The notes under the pieces are model-generated. The model worked only from the letters and a program-made list of their open reading frames with translations. It was not told the origin of the DNA and made no database searches. This document shows positions 1-13,352 of a stretch of 64,000 nt of DNA, piece by piece. This DNA is from Eledone cirrhosa (Eukaryota), in contig OZ024752.1 of NCBI GenBank assembly GCA_964016885.1, positions 3,844,001 through 3,908,000 on the forward strand, given 5' to 3'. Position 1 is the first letter of the stretch; each line of letters starts with the position of its first letter. The translations under genes and the position numbers were made by a program.

Positions 1-99
1 ATTCATAGACACATACAAATATATATATATATATGTATATGTGTGCGTACATATATATACATTTATATATGTGTGTATGTATAAATTCATAGACGCATT

Positions 100-136
<37 letters not shown>

Positions 137-266
137 GTGTGTGTACATATATATACATTTATATATACATTTATATATGTGTGTATGTATAAATTCATAG
201 ACACATACAAATATATATCTATATATGTATATGTGTGTGTACATATATAAGTATGTATATATATTA
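1..266. repeat. TA/TG microsatellite with a higher-order unit of about 80-110 bp (three copies of 'attcatagac' plus TA/TG tract)
   Basis: 'attcatagac' recurs at about 1, 85 and 193 within TA/TG tracts. Confidence 0.8.
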
Positions 267-819
267 TTTATCACATCTATAGTACCAGCAATACGACGCA
301 ACGTTGTAATAGACTTGTTTACCAGAATTCTGTTTGCTCAGTAAATTGCATGTGCGCACGTTCTCATCACCAGTTATGCCCACGCACACTCACACACACA
401 CTCACACATATATATATACATACACACGACATCAGTAACAATACACCACACACTCAGTATACACTACATTACCACATCGCATACAGACACGTTCATATCT
501 CACATATAAACTATTTATTCTACACCACTCAAACCACACCAACATATACATACCAACTCCCTCTCTCTATTTTCTCTCGATAGAGCCATGCATTTTATGT
601 ATTCTAAAGATGGAAAATGACAGTTAATTCTCAGAGGAAACTTTCAAGTGAAATCAAAACCGTTCTTTGGCTCAGAGGCACTAAGAGCTTTGCTGCAATT
701 CTTAATGAAGCCATCAAAACTAATTACTTGAAGACATTTAGATAAAATGCCCTAAATATCAGCAGACCACTAACAAGATGCTATCATTCGCAACAATCAT
801 ACTTCTTCCGCTCTTCAAC

Positions 820-1560
820 TCTTTCTCCCTCCCTCTTCCACTCTCATTCTCATTCACTCTTTCTCCCCCCGCCCCTTCCACTCTCTCTCTCCCTCCTCTC
901 CGTCTCTCTCTCGCTCACTCTTTATCCCTCCCTCTTCCACTCTCTCTCTCCCTCCTACTCTCCGTCTCTCTCTCGCTCACTCTTTATCCCTCCCTCCCTC
1001 TTCCACTCTCCCTCCCTCCCTCCCTCCCTCTGTCCCTCTCTCTCTCACTCAATCGGACTCCCTCCCTCTTCCACTCTCTCTCCTTCTCTTCCACTCTTTC
1101 TCCCTCCCTCTTCCATTCTCTCTCCCTCTCTCTTCCACTCTCTCTCCGTCTCTCTCCTCTCACTTTTTCTCTCACTTTCGATTTATTATTCTCATAAATA
1201 TTCTCCTTTTTCTCATACTATTGTACCTTCACATCTCTCTCTCTCTCTCTCACTCTCTCTCCCTCGCTCTCTCACTTCTTCTTTTTCGCTCTCTCTCTCT
1301 CTCTATCGCTTGATCTCTCTTTCTCTCTGTATCACTTTCTCCCTTTCTCTCTCTATCATTTGCTCTTCTCACTCCTGTTATCTCTCTGCCGCTCATTATC
1401 TTAAATCAACCACCATTTTGAACACGTTCTCTTTACATCATTAGCTAGCTAAATTGTCTTTCTTTTCTCCTTCTTACCCCATCAACCATCATGCTCTCAT
1501 TCATCTCTCTCTCTCTCTCTCTCTCTCTCCCCTCTCTCTCCCCTCTCTCTCTCTCTCTCT
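820..1560. repeat. CT-rich low-complexity / (CT)n microsatellite
   Basis: Near-pure pyrimidine tracts; the L/S/P-rich ORF is an artefact. Confidence 0.9.
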
Positions 1561-1612
1561 CACACAGTTTTTATCTATCTTACCCATATATACATATATA
1601 CTGGCATATGTA

Positions 1613-1666
<54 letters not shown>

Positions 1667-1668
<2 letters not shown>

Positions 1669-1852
1669 TGGTGGATTGGCAGTATCGGTGGAGGGTCGGA
1701 CGCTATGCTTTGACGCATAGAGTTACATCCCTTGCCATTCTGAGTTCAAATCCCGCCGAGGTTAACTTTGCCTTTCATCCTTACGGGGTCGATAAAATAA
1801 AGTACCAGTAATACACTGGGTAATTGCTGGCCTTGTGCCAAAAGTAGAAACA
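1667..1852 (+). mobile_element. tRNA-derived SINE, family A, full length
   Basis: A-box-like tggcagtatcgg, B-box gagttcaaatcc, central gcctttcatccttacggggtcgataaaataaagtaccag (resembles the Meta-domain type of SINE core, from memory), 3' ggccttgtgccaaaagtagaaac; about 20 copies in the window. Confidence 0.9.
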
Positions 1853-1977
1853 GTTATATATATGTGTATATATATATGTCTTATTTATTAAAGAAATGAT
1901 TCGTGACAATGGGACTGACGCGTTTATTTCTCTCTCTCTGTCTCTCTCGTTCTCTCTCTTTCTCTTCAAACACACAT

Positions 1978-2016
<39 letters not shown>

Positions 2017-2044
2017 CTACTACATTACTGGTGGCTTAATTCGG

Positions 2045-2172
2045 ATCTAGCTGTCGAACGGTCAGAACTCAACCGTTGGGTTCCTGACTCTTCATATTAC
2101 CCACTCTACTACCCTAAGTATTGAGTATTCTGGTGCGTTTCTGGTTAATCTGGTACCTTACCACAGCTTCTT
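2045..2172 (+). repeat. Dispersed repeat between (TA)n tracts; homologous to 57392-57520 (opposite strand); probable Penelope-type terminal fragment
   Basis: tattacccactctactacc..taagtattgagta..tggtgcgtt is the reverse complement of sequence at about 57425-57470. Confidence 0.7.
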
Positions 2173-2178
2173 TCTTTG

Positions 2179-2232
<54 letters not shown>

Positions 2233-2239
2233 TATATAT

Positions 2240-2356
2240 ATGGGAGAGTCATGTTGCCAATAAAAACACACGCATCTGTTGGATTACACTTCAATCTATT
2301 ATAACTTTCCGGTTGGTTGGTTGGTTCGATAACCGGAAAGTTCTTTATATATTGTG
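2240..2356 (-). mobile_element. Fragment of the Penelope-like 3' terminal region (same family as 63530-63978)
   Basis: tgggagagtcatgttgccaataaaaacacacgc...ttccggttggttgg matches the reverse complement of 63765-63905. Confidence 0.8.
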
Positions 2357-2686
2357 AACTGACGGCCGTATGTATGTAGCAAACTTTTCGCCAAATGGCT
2401 GGACCAAACAGCTCCAAATTTGCACCTTAGATGTAACTTTTCCAAGTAAGAAAGTGAGGATATTTTTGTCTACTAAATTTAGTTAAAAGATTAAAGATAT
2501 TTTGTTTATTTAAATATTCACTTCTTTAAAATTTTCAGATGTCAACACTTCCGGTTAGCGATCTCTCTCTCTTTCTTACTCTGTCGTTTTAGATAGATAC
2601 TATATATTTTAAACAGTAATACTGTACTATATATTTTCAAATGTAATACTATTCTATACTATATATGTGTCACTATATATAGTGGA

Positions 2687-2718
<32 letters not shown>

Positions 2719-2764
2719 CACAATGATATTAAATAAGTGGAAATTATATTTATATAACCATATT

Positions 2765-2829
2765 TATTTTATTATATATATTTCAAGGGCAACCAAGACA
2801 ACATTGGTACGCTTTCATCAGATAAAATA
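2765..2829 (-). ncRNA. Type I hammerhead ribozyme motif, family H2, intact core
   Basis: Minus strand: tattttat-CTGATGA-aag cgt accaa tgttgtc ttggt tgcc ctt-GAAA-tatata-TA-ataaaata; 8-bp stem I, stem II, palindromic minimal stem III. Confidence 0.8.
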
Positions 2830-3188
2830 CAAAGTTTGTTTTATAAATAGAGACGTTCCCATGAAAATCATACCTTATCGGTTGGAAATTCACTGGACTA
2901 TCCAGTGAATTTACAGAGGGTGCAAGTCTTTGGCTGGTTTAAAGAGCCACATTCGTGCCTCTCATTTTTGAACATTTTATCGGGTGATGGCAATGCACGA
3001 ATACGTGTTTGCAGCCATCATCATGTGTATATATGTATATGTATATATATATATGTGTGTGTGTGTAGTTGTATAGTTGCTGGATATGGTGTACTTATAA
3101 ATTAGAGGAAAGGACGAACGGGAGAAAACTTTCCTTCATCAGTTGTTTGCTGGGGATCATGGATATTTCTACACATTAAAGACAAATG

Positions 3189-3224
<36 letters not shown>

Positions 3225-3230
<6 letters not shown>

Positions 3231-3325
3231 TAACAGATTAAAGTTGAAGCAAAGAATCGCTGCTTTCACTCTTAACGGGATCTTCTGAAACTCTTTGGAT
3301 TTTAGTCTTCAATTTTATTATTATT
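3225..3325. repeat. Dispersed TA-flanked repeat (also at 41915-41978 and 43080-43265)
   Basis: aataacagattaaagtt.aagcaaagaatcgctgc recurs at three loci. Confidence 0.8.
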
Positions 3326-3393
3326 ACTATATATATATATATATATATATATATCGTACTGCTTCTCTGTTTGTTCCCGTTCCATTTTTCACC

Positions 3394-3439
<46 letters not shown>

Positions 3440-3599
3440 ATGTCTAGCATATATCTCATTAAGATCTGTCTTCCTGTTGCTGTTATCTTTGCACCAATAT
3501 ATTTCACCTTGAATAAAAGCAAAATAAAAGAAAAAGCCAACAAGACAGCAAAGTAAAACTATCAATGAGTAAATAAATTAAATAACTTACTTTCCTTCT

Positions 3600-4230
3600 C
3601 ACCCACCACCGAGTATCACTACACCCTCAATTACCGTTACTACCACTACTGTCTAACGCCACACCCGAAATTACTACTACTACTACTGCTACTGTACTAC
3701 TACTGCTGCTGCTTCTGCTACTACTAATATTAATACGGTTACCACCACTACTACCATCATCACTATTACTACCACTACTACTAATACTATTGCTGTTGCT
3801 GCTACCACTCCAAGTATATCTCATTTAAAAGAAAACCATTACAATAACCAATATTACTAATTGCTATAACCACCAACATTACTAACACAACTTCTCTAAC
3901 ACTAGTATCAGAACAAGTAGTACACCTACTAACACTATAACGAACACTAACACTACTACTACTAGCAACACTCAGACCATTACATACTCTGTAAGACAAC
4001 CATCAACAATAACACCACCTATAATATTTGTACAACCACAGATATTGAAACATCCACCACCAAAGACACGAACACTATCACTAATAACACTACTTACAAA
4101 CACAACACCAGTACCACCAATGCTACTGTCACCATCACCACCAACTCTACGATTCCTACCACTAACAATAATTATAGCACTTTTATCACCTCCATTACCA
4201 CCACTTATACCAGCATCATCACTAATGCAT
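3600..4230. repeat. (ACT/ACC)n-rich low-complexity region
   Basis: Degenerate trinucleotide repeats. Confidence 0.75.
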
Positions 4231-4427
4231 CCTTTCCGCCAGCAATACCGAGGCCACCTCTATTCTTCAGAAGAAAATAGCATGGCGTTCAAGGAATATT
4301 TAATAACGATTTATTGCAGGTGTGTCTGCTGCCTTAGGCTTCGTCATTTCACAGCAAGTTTCCAATCCGATAGTCCATGCCATTAAACAGAAACCCACCC
4401 CAAGCATTTAGACGTATAACACCCCAT

Positions 4428-4592
4428 AAGGCAGTGAATTGTCAGAGTGGTTAGAGCGTCTCTTGGGATTCTTTGTGGTATTTGTTCCGTCTTTCTGCGT
4501 TCTCAGTTCAAATCTTTCCGTGGTCAACGTTGCCAATCATCCATTCGAGGACGATTAAAAAGTACCAGTCTAATATAATAGTTGGGTCGATT
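4428..4592 (+). mobile_element. Degenerate SINE family A
   Basis: agttcaaatc, atcatccattcgaggacgattaaaaagtaccag, ggggtcgatt. Confidence 0.65.
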
Positions 4593-4595
4593 CTT

Positions 4596-4675
<80 letters not shown>

Positions 4676-5649
4676 GTCCTAGAAGAAATCTACTGTATCC
4701 AGAGCTGGAGAAGAAGGTGGGCTCCACCAGCTTCATAAAATGTGCTAGACACACCGTATATCAATACGGCGTCCCTACGACTCCCTCGGTAGTTACGGGA
4801 TTGAAGAGAAAAAATAACCCCCTATAACAACAATAATACATCCCCAAACATAGTCTCTTTCAATCAAAGCAGAAAAATATAATCGAAACTTCTAATACAC
4901 TGATATAGCAGCAACATGAAGAGCATTACTAGGCTGAAATTGCAACCTTGAAAAGTATTTAGAGAGGAACAGTGTTGATCTGACCGTCTACATCTTCTCA
5001 CCTTCCATGTGGACAACATTAACATCAACATCTATAAAGGAATAACATAAGACAGTGGAGATTGTGCAGTATGTCCTCTTCTCACAGTACACACTCCATA
5101 TGGTTCATTACTGCAGGTCGGAGTGTACGACACAGTTGTCTGCTAAACAGAGACATGCTATGAGTTAAGATATATATATGTAATTGATATCTTGCACACT
5201 GATCGACCAGTTACTTGACAGGGTCTGTAGGAGTCACATCACCCGTCGGTTGATTAACTGCTTACCAAGAGAGCGACTTAAGGCTAACGTAAAACGGGAA
5301 AATAACAACAACTCTGAGAGGGTTTCTTTTAACGGACATTTTAGCTACAGTTTTCAGCAGGTAAAGCGACCATATAAATGCTCTCTCGTTGATTGATTTA
5401 TATATTGCAGACGTAAATTCTATTTGTTATAAGAAGAAGCAAGTGAGGGGCAGCGGGTAGTGATCTGTAATTAGTAATGGACATTTACCTTGGAGTGTTC
5501 TTGGCAATCTAAGTGGAGACGACCATCAAAGGAAATAAATTAGAATTAGCCATGGCTGCTTTTAATTTCTAATTAATTTGTCATCTAAGCAACAATGAGG
5601 ATTCAAGCTTCTTCCCCTCTATTTCGTTCTCATACTCTCTCACACATGC

Positions 5650-6200
5650 GTCAACACACACACACACGCATACACATACTCCCATGCACACACCCCGAGC
5701 GCGCGCGCACACACATTTTTACATATATATATTTATTTATATATAAGTATATATATAAATATATATATATATAAATATATATATGTCTATATAAATGTAT
5801 ATATATATATGAATATACATTCATATGTGTGTGTGTATGTGTGTGTGTGTGTGTATATGTGTGTTCGTGTATATGTATATACAACTAAATATATATATAT
5901 ACATATTTATATATGGGTGTATATACATATATAAACAAATGTATGTGTATATATATATGTGTGTGTGTTTGTGTGCGCGTGTATATGTATATATAACTAC
6001 ATATATATATATATACATATTTATATATGGGTGTATATACATATATAAACAAATGTATGTGTATATATATGTGTGTGTGTCTGTGTGCGCGTGTATATAT
6101 AACTAAATATATATATATACATATTTATATATGGGTGTATATACATATATAAACAAATGTATGTGTATATATATGTGTGTGAGTGTATGAGTGTATGTGC

Positions 6201-6271
<71 letters not shown>

Positions 6272-6454
6272 ATGTGTGTATATATATATATGTGTGTGTA
6301 TATATATATATGTGTGTGTATATATATGTGTGTGTATATATATGTGTGTGTATATATATATATATGTATATATATATATGTATATATATGTGTGTGTGTA
6401 TATATATATGTGTGTGTGTATATATATATGCGTGTGTGTGTATATATATATATA

Positions 6455-6491
<37 letters not shown>

Positions 6492-6520
6492 GTATATCTG
6501 TGTGTGTGTGTGTACATATA
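5650..6520. repeat. TA/TG microsatellite with three higher-order units of about 110 bp
   Basis: 'catatttatatatgggtgtatatacatatataaacaaatgtatgtg' at about 5902, 6016 and 6120. Confidence 0.85.
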
Positions 6521-7274
6521 TCACTCTCTCCTTATGTTTTAAAGAATTCGTCTCGTCATTCGAATTTGTTGTAAGAATGATTAATTGTTGCTGCTACAAT
6601 TTCTGTTCCTGCTGCAATCATTGCTGCGGTAGCTACTGCTTTTGCTGTCGCTGATGTTTCCTCTGTTGCTGCTGCAGCTGCTGCACCCATTGTCAGAGGT
6701 ACAACAGTTGTCTTTACTATGACTGTCTATATCGCCATCTTTTTATGTGATATCGTCAGTGGAGTAGCTCAAATTACAGATACGGTAAAACACCGATGAT
6801 TGATTACGTGTTCCTGTTGATGTTCCTGTTGTTGTTGATGATGATGATGATGATGATGATGATTTGGATAGTGCTACTATTTAACCCTTTCTCAGTTTTA
6901 ATGGACAAAATAAACCTAATATTCCACCCATGACTATTACTTAGTAGTGAATAAGACATCAATGAGACTAAGAAATGGTGGCTCCCTCGTTGATTAGTTC
7001 CTTATATTAAAGAATGGAGATCCACTGGTAACTAAGAAATATATTATCACGCACGCACACACATTGTTGTTTTCTTTCCTGATAATTATTCCTCTAAATT
7101 ATCAACGCACTGTGGAGAGATGTACTGTCTTTAAAGCGTCGAAATATCAGCGACCCACATGAGAGCAAATGATTGGCAACTGTCCTTATGTTTGTGTTTC
7201 TCTTACGTTTTATAAATATTATTAGTAACCACACAGCGCCTTTGTCACTTTTAATTCATATTAATTCATATATA

Positions 7275-10200
7275 TACTCTTTTACACTTTTACCTGTTCC
7301 AGCCATCCGGCTGAGGACATGCTGGGGCACCGCCCTTGTTGCTACACATTTTATCTCCCAGTAGTCTGTATTGGTTGGCCACTGGTGCAAGAGGGAGTTT
7401 GTTGCTGCTGCCCTTGGGTTTCCCTCGTGCCTTGCTGTGGGCTCATCCGGGATCCTGGATAGCAAGGTGTCGAGATGTTTCTTGAAAACGTCCACATCCA
7501 CACCATGCAGATCTCTCAGATCCCTCGGCAGCTTGTTGAAGAGTTGAGGGCCCTTGAACCCCAGGCTATTGCAATATCCGCTCCTTATTCTAGATGTGGA
7601 AGACGGGTCCTTTGGCACCACACAGTGACGTCCTGTTCGGGGATTTTTCAGCTCCCAATACCAAAGTTTGGTGCTAGTCCCTCCAGGATTTTCCGCATCT
7701 AGTTCACTGCGTATCTCTCCCGTCTTTGTTCCAAGGAGTAGAGGTTCAGTTCTTTAGCCTCTCCCAGTAGCTTGTCTCCTTCATCGTGGCAATCCTCTTG
7801 GTGTCTAGTCGCTGGATTGCCTCAAGCTCCGGGGTTAGTTTTACACTATGGGGTGACCACAACTGGGAGCAATAGTCCAGGCGGCTTAGGACAAATGTCC
7901 TCCATAGTGTCAACATGGTGTCTCGGTCTCTTGTCCGAAAAGTCCTCAAGATCAAGCCAGCGGGTCATCTACACATTGTCGCCACTTTCATGATGTGTGA
8001 GGAAAAAGATGCATCGTCGCTCATGTCTATACTCAGGTCTCGTATCGATTTTGACACGGGGATATCGGTCCCTCCTGGTCCAGTGTAACTGTGTTGTATT
8101 GTATTTGTGTTTTCAGGTTTGTAATGTAGAGCTTGGGATTAACCAGCATCAAATTTGCATATGGCATCCAGATCTGGTTGTAAAAGGGCAGCGTCAGCCG
8201 GGTTTTTGATTCCCCTGCTACCTTAGTGTCATCAGCATAGCTAGTGAGGTATGTTGTATGTACTACAGAGGGCATGTCTGAGAGAGCCACTAAAAACAGG
8301 AGTGGTCCCAGGACTTTGGCTTGGGGCACCCCACTTGTTATTGATGTTTCCTTTGAGAAGGCCCCGTTTGCTGCGACTGTCTGGCTTCTGTCCTTTTAGA
8401 AGCATGCAGCCACTCACCTACTTTTCCAGTTATGCCGAGTCCGTGTAGTTTGTGACATATCATTTGGTGGTCGACCTTGCCAAAAGCCTTCGCAGAGTCA
8501 AGATATATCACGTCTACATGTGCGCGGTCTAGCAGTTGTTTCAGTACCCAGTGGTAATGATGTAGCAGCTGTGTAAGGCAGCTTCTTCTTGGGCGAAAGC
8601 CATGCTGCGTGCCAGTCAGGCGGTCATTGCCCTCAAGGAAAGTGATCAGTTTCTTTCTGATATGTGACGTCAGGGAGACTGGCCTATAGATTTTGGCCTC
8701 CGCTCTGCTACCTCCTTTATGGATAGGGCATATTGTGCCTTCTTTCAGCTCCTATGGTAGTCTACCGCTAGCCAAGGAGTTTCTGAAGAGCGTCATCAGT
8801 GGAGTTCCTAAGGCTCGCTTACATGTTTTTAAGAGGATTGCTTGGAATCCATCAGGTCCAGCAGCTGAGTCTCTTCTAATTTCATCTATGGCGTTAACCA
8901 CATCCTCCTCTGTTATGTCTATGTGGTTGATGGTCGCCATTTCTTCATGGAGTGTTGTGACATCAAAGAAATCCTCTGGCTTTGTTATTTGCATGAGCCT
9001 CAGTGGACATGTAAACACACTTTTATACTGTTTGGGGATTCTCGGTTAATGAACCATCTGTATGGAAGAGTAGCCCAATCTTACAGTGTACCGAGGCAGC
9101 CTCTTTTACAAATTTAAAGGAGGCCTTAGGGTTTGTTTTACTATTTTCTATGGCCTTGCTTTCTTTATTTGCCCTCACATTTTCATGGGAAAGTTTGAGT
9201 GCAATCTCGATGTCAAGTAGTGCACGTTTCAAATAGGATTCCTTCTTGTTTTTGTTTTCTTGTTGTGCATTCAACTGGTTTGACAGCTCAGTTCTTCGTC
9301 TCATAAGGATTTTCCTATCTCTGGGAATAAGATTTTTGTGTTTGTTGGCCTTTTTCTCCGGGACAAACTTTTGGCATATAGTTTGTATCGTTGTCATGAA
9401 GTGTTGAAAATGTGTGTTGGTGACTTGTGTGGCGATGTTGTCGCTCCATATTTGCTTCCGGATTTCTCTCTTGATCGTTTTCCAGTTAGCCATGTAGAAG
9501 TTAAGGCTGGATAAGGTCCCGGTGCTTCTTGATGGTTGTGTCTCTGTTGATTTTCTCGGACCACATGTCATTAATTCTACTAAGTTATGATCCGAGAAAA
9601 TTGTTGATGTCACCTTTACATTGAGGATGAGCACTGCATTGTTTATAAAACAGAGATCTAGGACATTCTCGCACCTTGTTGGGAGGAGTACTGCTTGTTC
9701 CATGAATAGCCTGTGTATGAGGGCCAGCAGTGATTCTGTCTCTGTTCTAGTGATGTCATTCCAGGGAGGAGGTGGCCCTCAAGCCATTTGACCTTTGGCA
9801 GGTTGAAGTCTCCCAACAGTAGAATGTTGAGACCCTGTTCCAGTTTGTCAAGCCCTCTTCTATCCTACTGAGGCTATCCTCAAATTTACCCTCATGACTG
9901 GGGGCATCGGGTGGCCGATATGTGACACATATTACTGTCTTTAGTTGCTTCATACGTACCATCAGTGTGTCACAGACTGAGTTTGAATGTGTCAACTGTA
10001 CAATTGGTGTGACATCTTCACGAATATAAAGAGCAACCTCACCATGAGTTCTCTCCGTCCTGTCCGAACGAAATACAGTATGTGTTGGTATATATATTTC
10101 CGCATCTGCTATACTGCTTGTCAGGTGCGTTTCGGTTAGTGCCATGCATAATGCTTGATTGCTTATGGCTAAGTCTCCCAGATAGGAAATTTTACTCATG

Positions 10201-11105
10201 TTAGTGAGATTCACCAGGCCTCTGACATTCAAAAGCAACACTGGTGTGACTTTTGGGGTGACAGCAATGGCTGTCGGTATGACACCTGGCCTGATGTCAG
10301 CGGCGGCCACCCTGAATCCCTTAATTGTGGTGGTCTCGAGTGCTGGTGTGAGTGATCCTGGCTCTGAAAACAATGCAGCCAGGTAAGCTGTCCCACAATC
10401 TTCTCTGCCATCACTAAAACTTTTTTTGCTCTGCTGCAGCCATCTGTATGTCGTCGGAATATGCGTGCCTTTTCCTTGTTGGCCCGGCACGCGCGACATC
10501 AGCATACTTCTGGGGCAGCTTGCATCGGTTTTGGTTTTGACTGGGGCATGTTGTATGAGTAGGTTGGGCATTGTTCGCTTGGGGCCTGGGGTGAGCGAAT
10601 CTACAGCATGTCCCTGTTTCTCCATGCCAGCAGGTCCCGCTCCTGAAGAACTTGCACGTTAACTGGGTTTTCTTGCTCCCAGTGTCTCGGCGCCTTCTGT
10701 TCTTCCTTTGGACAATTGTCCACTGGTCCCTCTCTGCTTGGTTTTCTTTCGGAAGGTGATTTCGCTTCTCACCTTTACCGTTTGCTTGTTGGTTGCCCGG
10801 CCTGCCTTCCCTGACTTTGGCGGCGGGTATTTCATTTTCTTTCAGGTCCGTGTTTGTGCTTTCTTCCTTTTCTTTTTGTTTCTCCTCCTTGAGGACACGG
10901 CTTAGTATCGCCATATGTGGCGCTATGAGAACATAGGCCTTCTCAATTTCTTTTCTTTTTCTGTCTATCTACGCCAATGTCCTGAGAAAGCCATGGTTCT
11001 TCAGAGTCTCCGCAATCCTTTTGCTTGGTGGTGACCCATCAGCCAGGCTCCACCTCTTGATCAAAACCTCTAGATCCATCTTTGACCAGTTTCGCTGGCT
11101 TTTAA
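7275..11105 (-). mobile_element. Near full-length decayed CR1-group LINE: ORF1 with CCCH finger, APE endonuclease, reverse transcriptase
   Basis: Frameshifted ORFs: CKFFRSGTCWHGETGTCCRFAH; LNVRGL..ALTETHL..YRPP (APE); PTRCENVLDL; AAGPDG; LGPLLF..YADD (RT); SRLDYCSQLWSP; (gtaaaaga)-type 3' tail. Confidence 0.92.
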
Positions 11106-11424
11106 TTTCATTTCTTCCGCACAAAATAAAAAAAATACAAACTAAAAAAAAGTATTAAATATTCAAAGATTGAAAAATGAATCAGGAAGATGGATATAGA
11201 GCAAATAAAACAAATAAGATATATAACTCAAACGCTAGCATACCTAGAGGATTCGTTTTTGAATTTTTTTTGTGAGATTTCTTATCGGAAAACTTGTGTT
11301 GAAAGATATTATACTTTAGGGGGTCATGTTGCCAATAAAAACACACGCACCAGTTGATTTACACTTCAATTTATTATATTTTTCCGGTTGGTTGGTTCTA
11401 TAATCGGAAGGTTGTTTATATATT

Positions 11425-11467
11425 GTCAAAGCTCTTTCGTCACACATTTTGTGACCACACCAGTCAC
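11425..11467 (-). ncRNA. Degenerate hammerhead, family H1
   Basis: gtga-CTGGTGT-g gtcac aaaatgt gtgac-GAAA-gagc-TT-tgac; 5' core mutated. Confidence 0.55.
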
Positions 11468-11716
11468 TAGGTTTTTATTTTGCGTGTCTCTCCTTTGTAC
11501 TGTCCTACACCACCTTTTTATTTTATTTTGTGTGCTTAATTTGCACAGGCGTTACATTCGTCTGTCTGTGTGTGTGTGTGTGTGTGTGTGTTTTTTTATT
11601 TATGTGTTTATTTACTTGTCACTAGTTGGTTGTAACGCATGCGCAGATTAAGCACACAACACACAAAAACATGGTATAGGGCAGAACATAGGAGAGACAC
11701 AGAAAATAAAAACCTA

Positions 11717-11759
11717 GTCACTGAGGAGGTCACAGAATGCGTGACAAATGAGCTTTGAC
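11717..11759 (+). ncRNA. Degenerate hammerhead, family H1
   Basis: gtca-CTGAGGA-g gtcac agaatgc gtgac-aaat-gagc-TT-tgac; GAAA box mutated. Confidence 0.55.
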
Positions 11760-11961
11760 AGTATATAAACAACCTTCCGATTAACGACCCAACCAACCGG
11801 AAACTTATAATAAATTGAAGTGAAAACCAAATGGTACGTGTATTTTTATTGGCAGCATGACCCTCCCAAAGTATAACAATATATATATATATATATATAT
11901 ACAAACATTTCTGTAAACTGGCAAACGATTGCAATACTCTTAGCAGAGTTTCCAGCCATTA

Positions 11962-11997
<36 letters not shown>

Positions 11998-12944
11998 TGT
12001 GTGTGTGTGTGTGTGTTTATGTGTGTGTGTATGTACACACACACGCGCACACGCACACGCACACGCACGCACGTGTGTGTATTCTGAGACTTCATTTTAT
12101 TATCACGATTTTTTTTCTTTAGCTATATTTATGTATCATTATATATTTTATCGCTTTACACTTGAGTTTTTTCACTTCTTCTGAGCCTTTTTCCGTATCA
12201 GTTGGCAGAAGATATATATCTTATACCTGATCTAAAACTAACTGATCAATAGACTATCCCATTTAAGGAAGTACTGATTTAATACCTAAAGTATATTTGA
12301 CACAAAAATTGAAGAATTAAAACCAAAAATGCACTATGAAACTACAAACACTGCACAAAATAAAAAAAAATACAAACGACCCCCATCCCCACCACCCAAG
12401 TATTAAATATTCATAGATTGAAAAATGAATCAGGAAGATGGATATAGAGCAAATAAAACAAATAAGATATATAAATCAAACGCTAGCATACCTAGAGGAT
12501 TACACCAAGGAAAATATAAACACAATTGGATATGAAAAATATTTAACGGTAGAAAGATTCTTCATTTGGACACTATGATTATAATAGAAATGCCGCGCCA
12601 CAAAATGTTTGAAGTATGGAAAAATCGATAAATCTTTCTATAGACAAAAGAAAAAAAAAGAAAAAGAAATGACCGTCCCAAAGATAGCATATAATGACAA
12701 AAATAGCGCCTGGGATGAAAAAACTGAATCTGGGTCAGCATAGTCACATTTCATAGTGAAGTAAACATCAATAATAACAAATATAAAAAGCAAAAGCCGA
12801 AAAGAATATCACAGAATTAATGTATATCTACTTATGAATCCTCGTAGTAATATCTAAACCTAAACAACTAATATAAAAAAAACCTCAACACGCTGTTCAA
12901 AGTAGAACAGAAACACACATATTCCTTCGCCTGTGCAATATTTT

Positions 12945-13352
12945 TTCTGATTTAGGCACAAGGCCAATAATTTTGAGGGAGGAGAATGTCGATTAAATCG
13001 ACCCCTGTGCGTTACTGGTGCTTTTTATCGACATCGTAAAGATGAAAGTCACAGCTAACCTCGACGGGATTTAAACTCGAGTAAAGGACCGAAATTCTAT
13101 CCCCCAAAGCAGAATCACCGACGTTCTACCGAAATAGCCAATCCACTGCCCATAATAATTGTTTCTGATTTAGGCAAAAGGCTAACAATTTGGGGGGAAG
13201 AAAAGCCGATTAAATACTTTATTTTATCGAACCCGTAAGGATGAAAGGCAAAGCTAACCTCGACAAGATTTGAACTCATAATGTAAAAGGCCGTAACTCT
13301 ATGACACAAAGCAGGGTGCTCGATGCTATACCGCTACTGCCAATCCACCGCC
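12945..13352 (-). mobile_element. Two tandem SINE family A copies
   Basis: Reverse-complement SINE motifs (ttaggcacaagg..., gatgaaaggcaaag, ctgccaatccacc) occur twice. Confidence 0.8.

Larger units (their letters stand above)
11251..11880. mobile_element. Two inverted copies of the Penelope-like 3' terminal region (palindromic element)
   Basis: 11251-11635 is the reverse complement and 11640-11880 the sense copy of 63560-63978; the right end runs into (TA)n. Confidence 0.85.

Noticed and set aside
1667-1760. tRNA gene
   Set aside because: A/B boxes are present, but it continues into a SINE body with about 20 diverged copies and has no clear cloverleaf.
3105-3150. Minus-strand CTGATGAAGG
   Set aside because: No properly placed GAAA or stem III.
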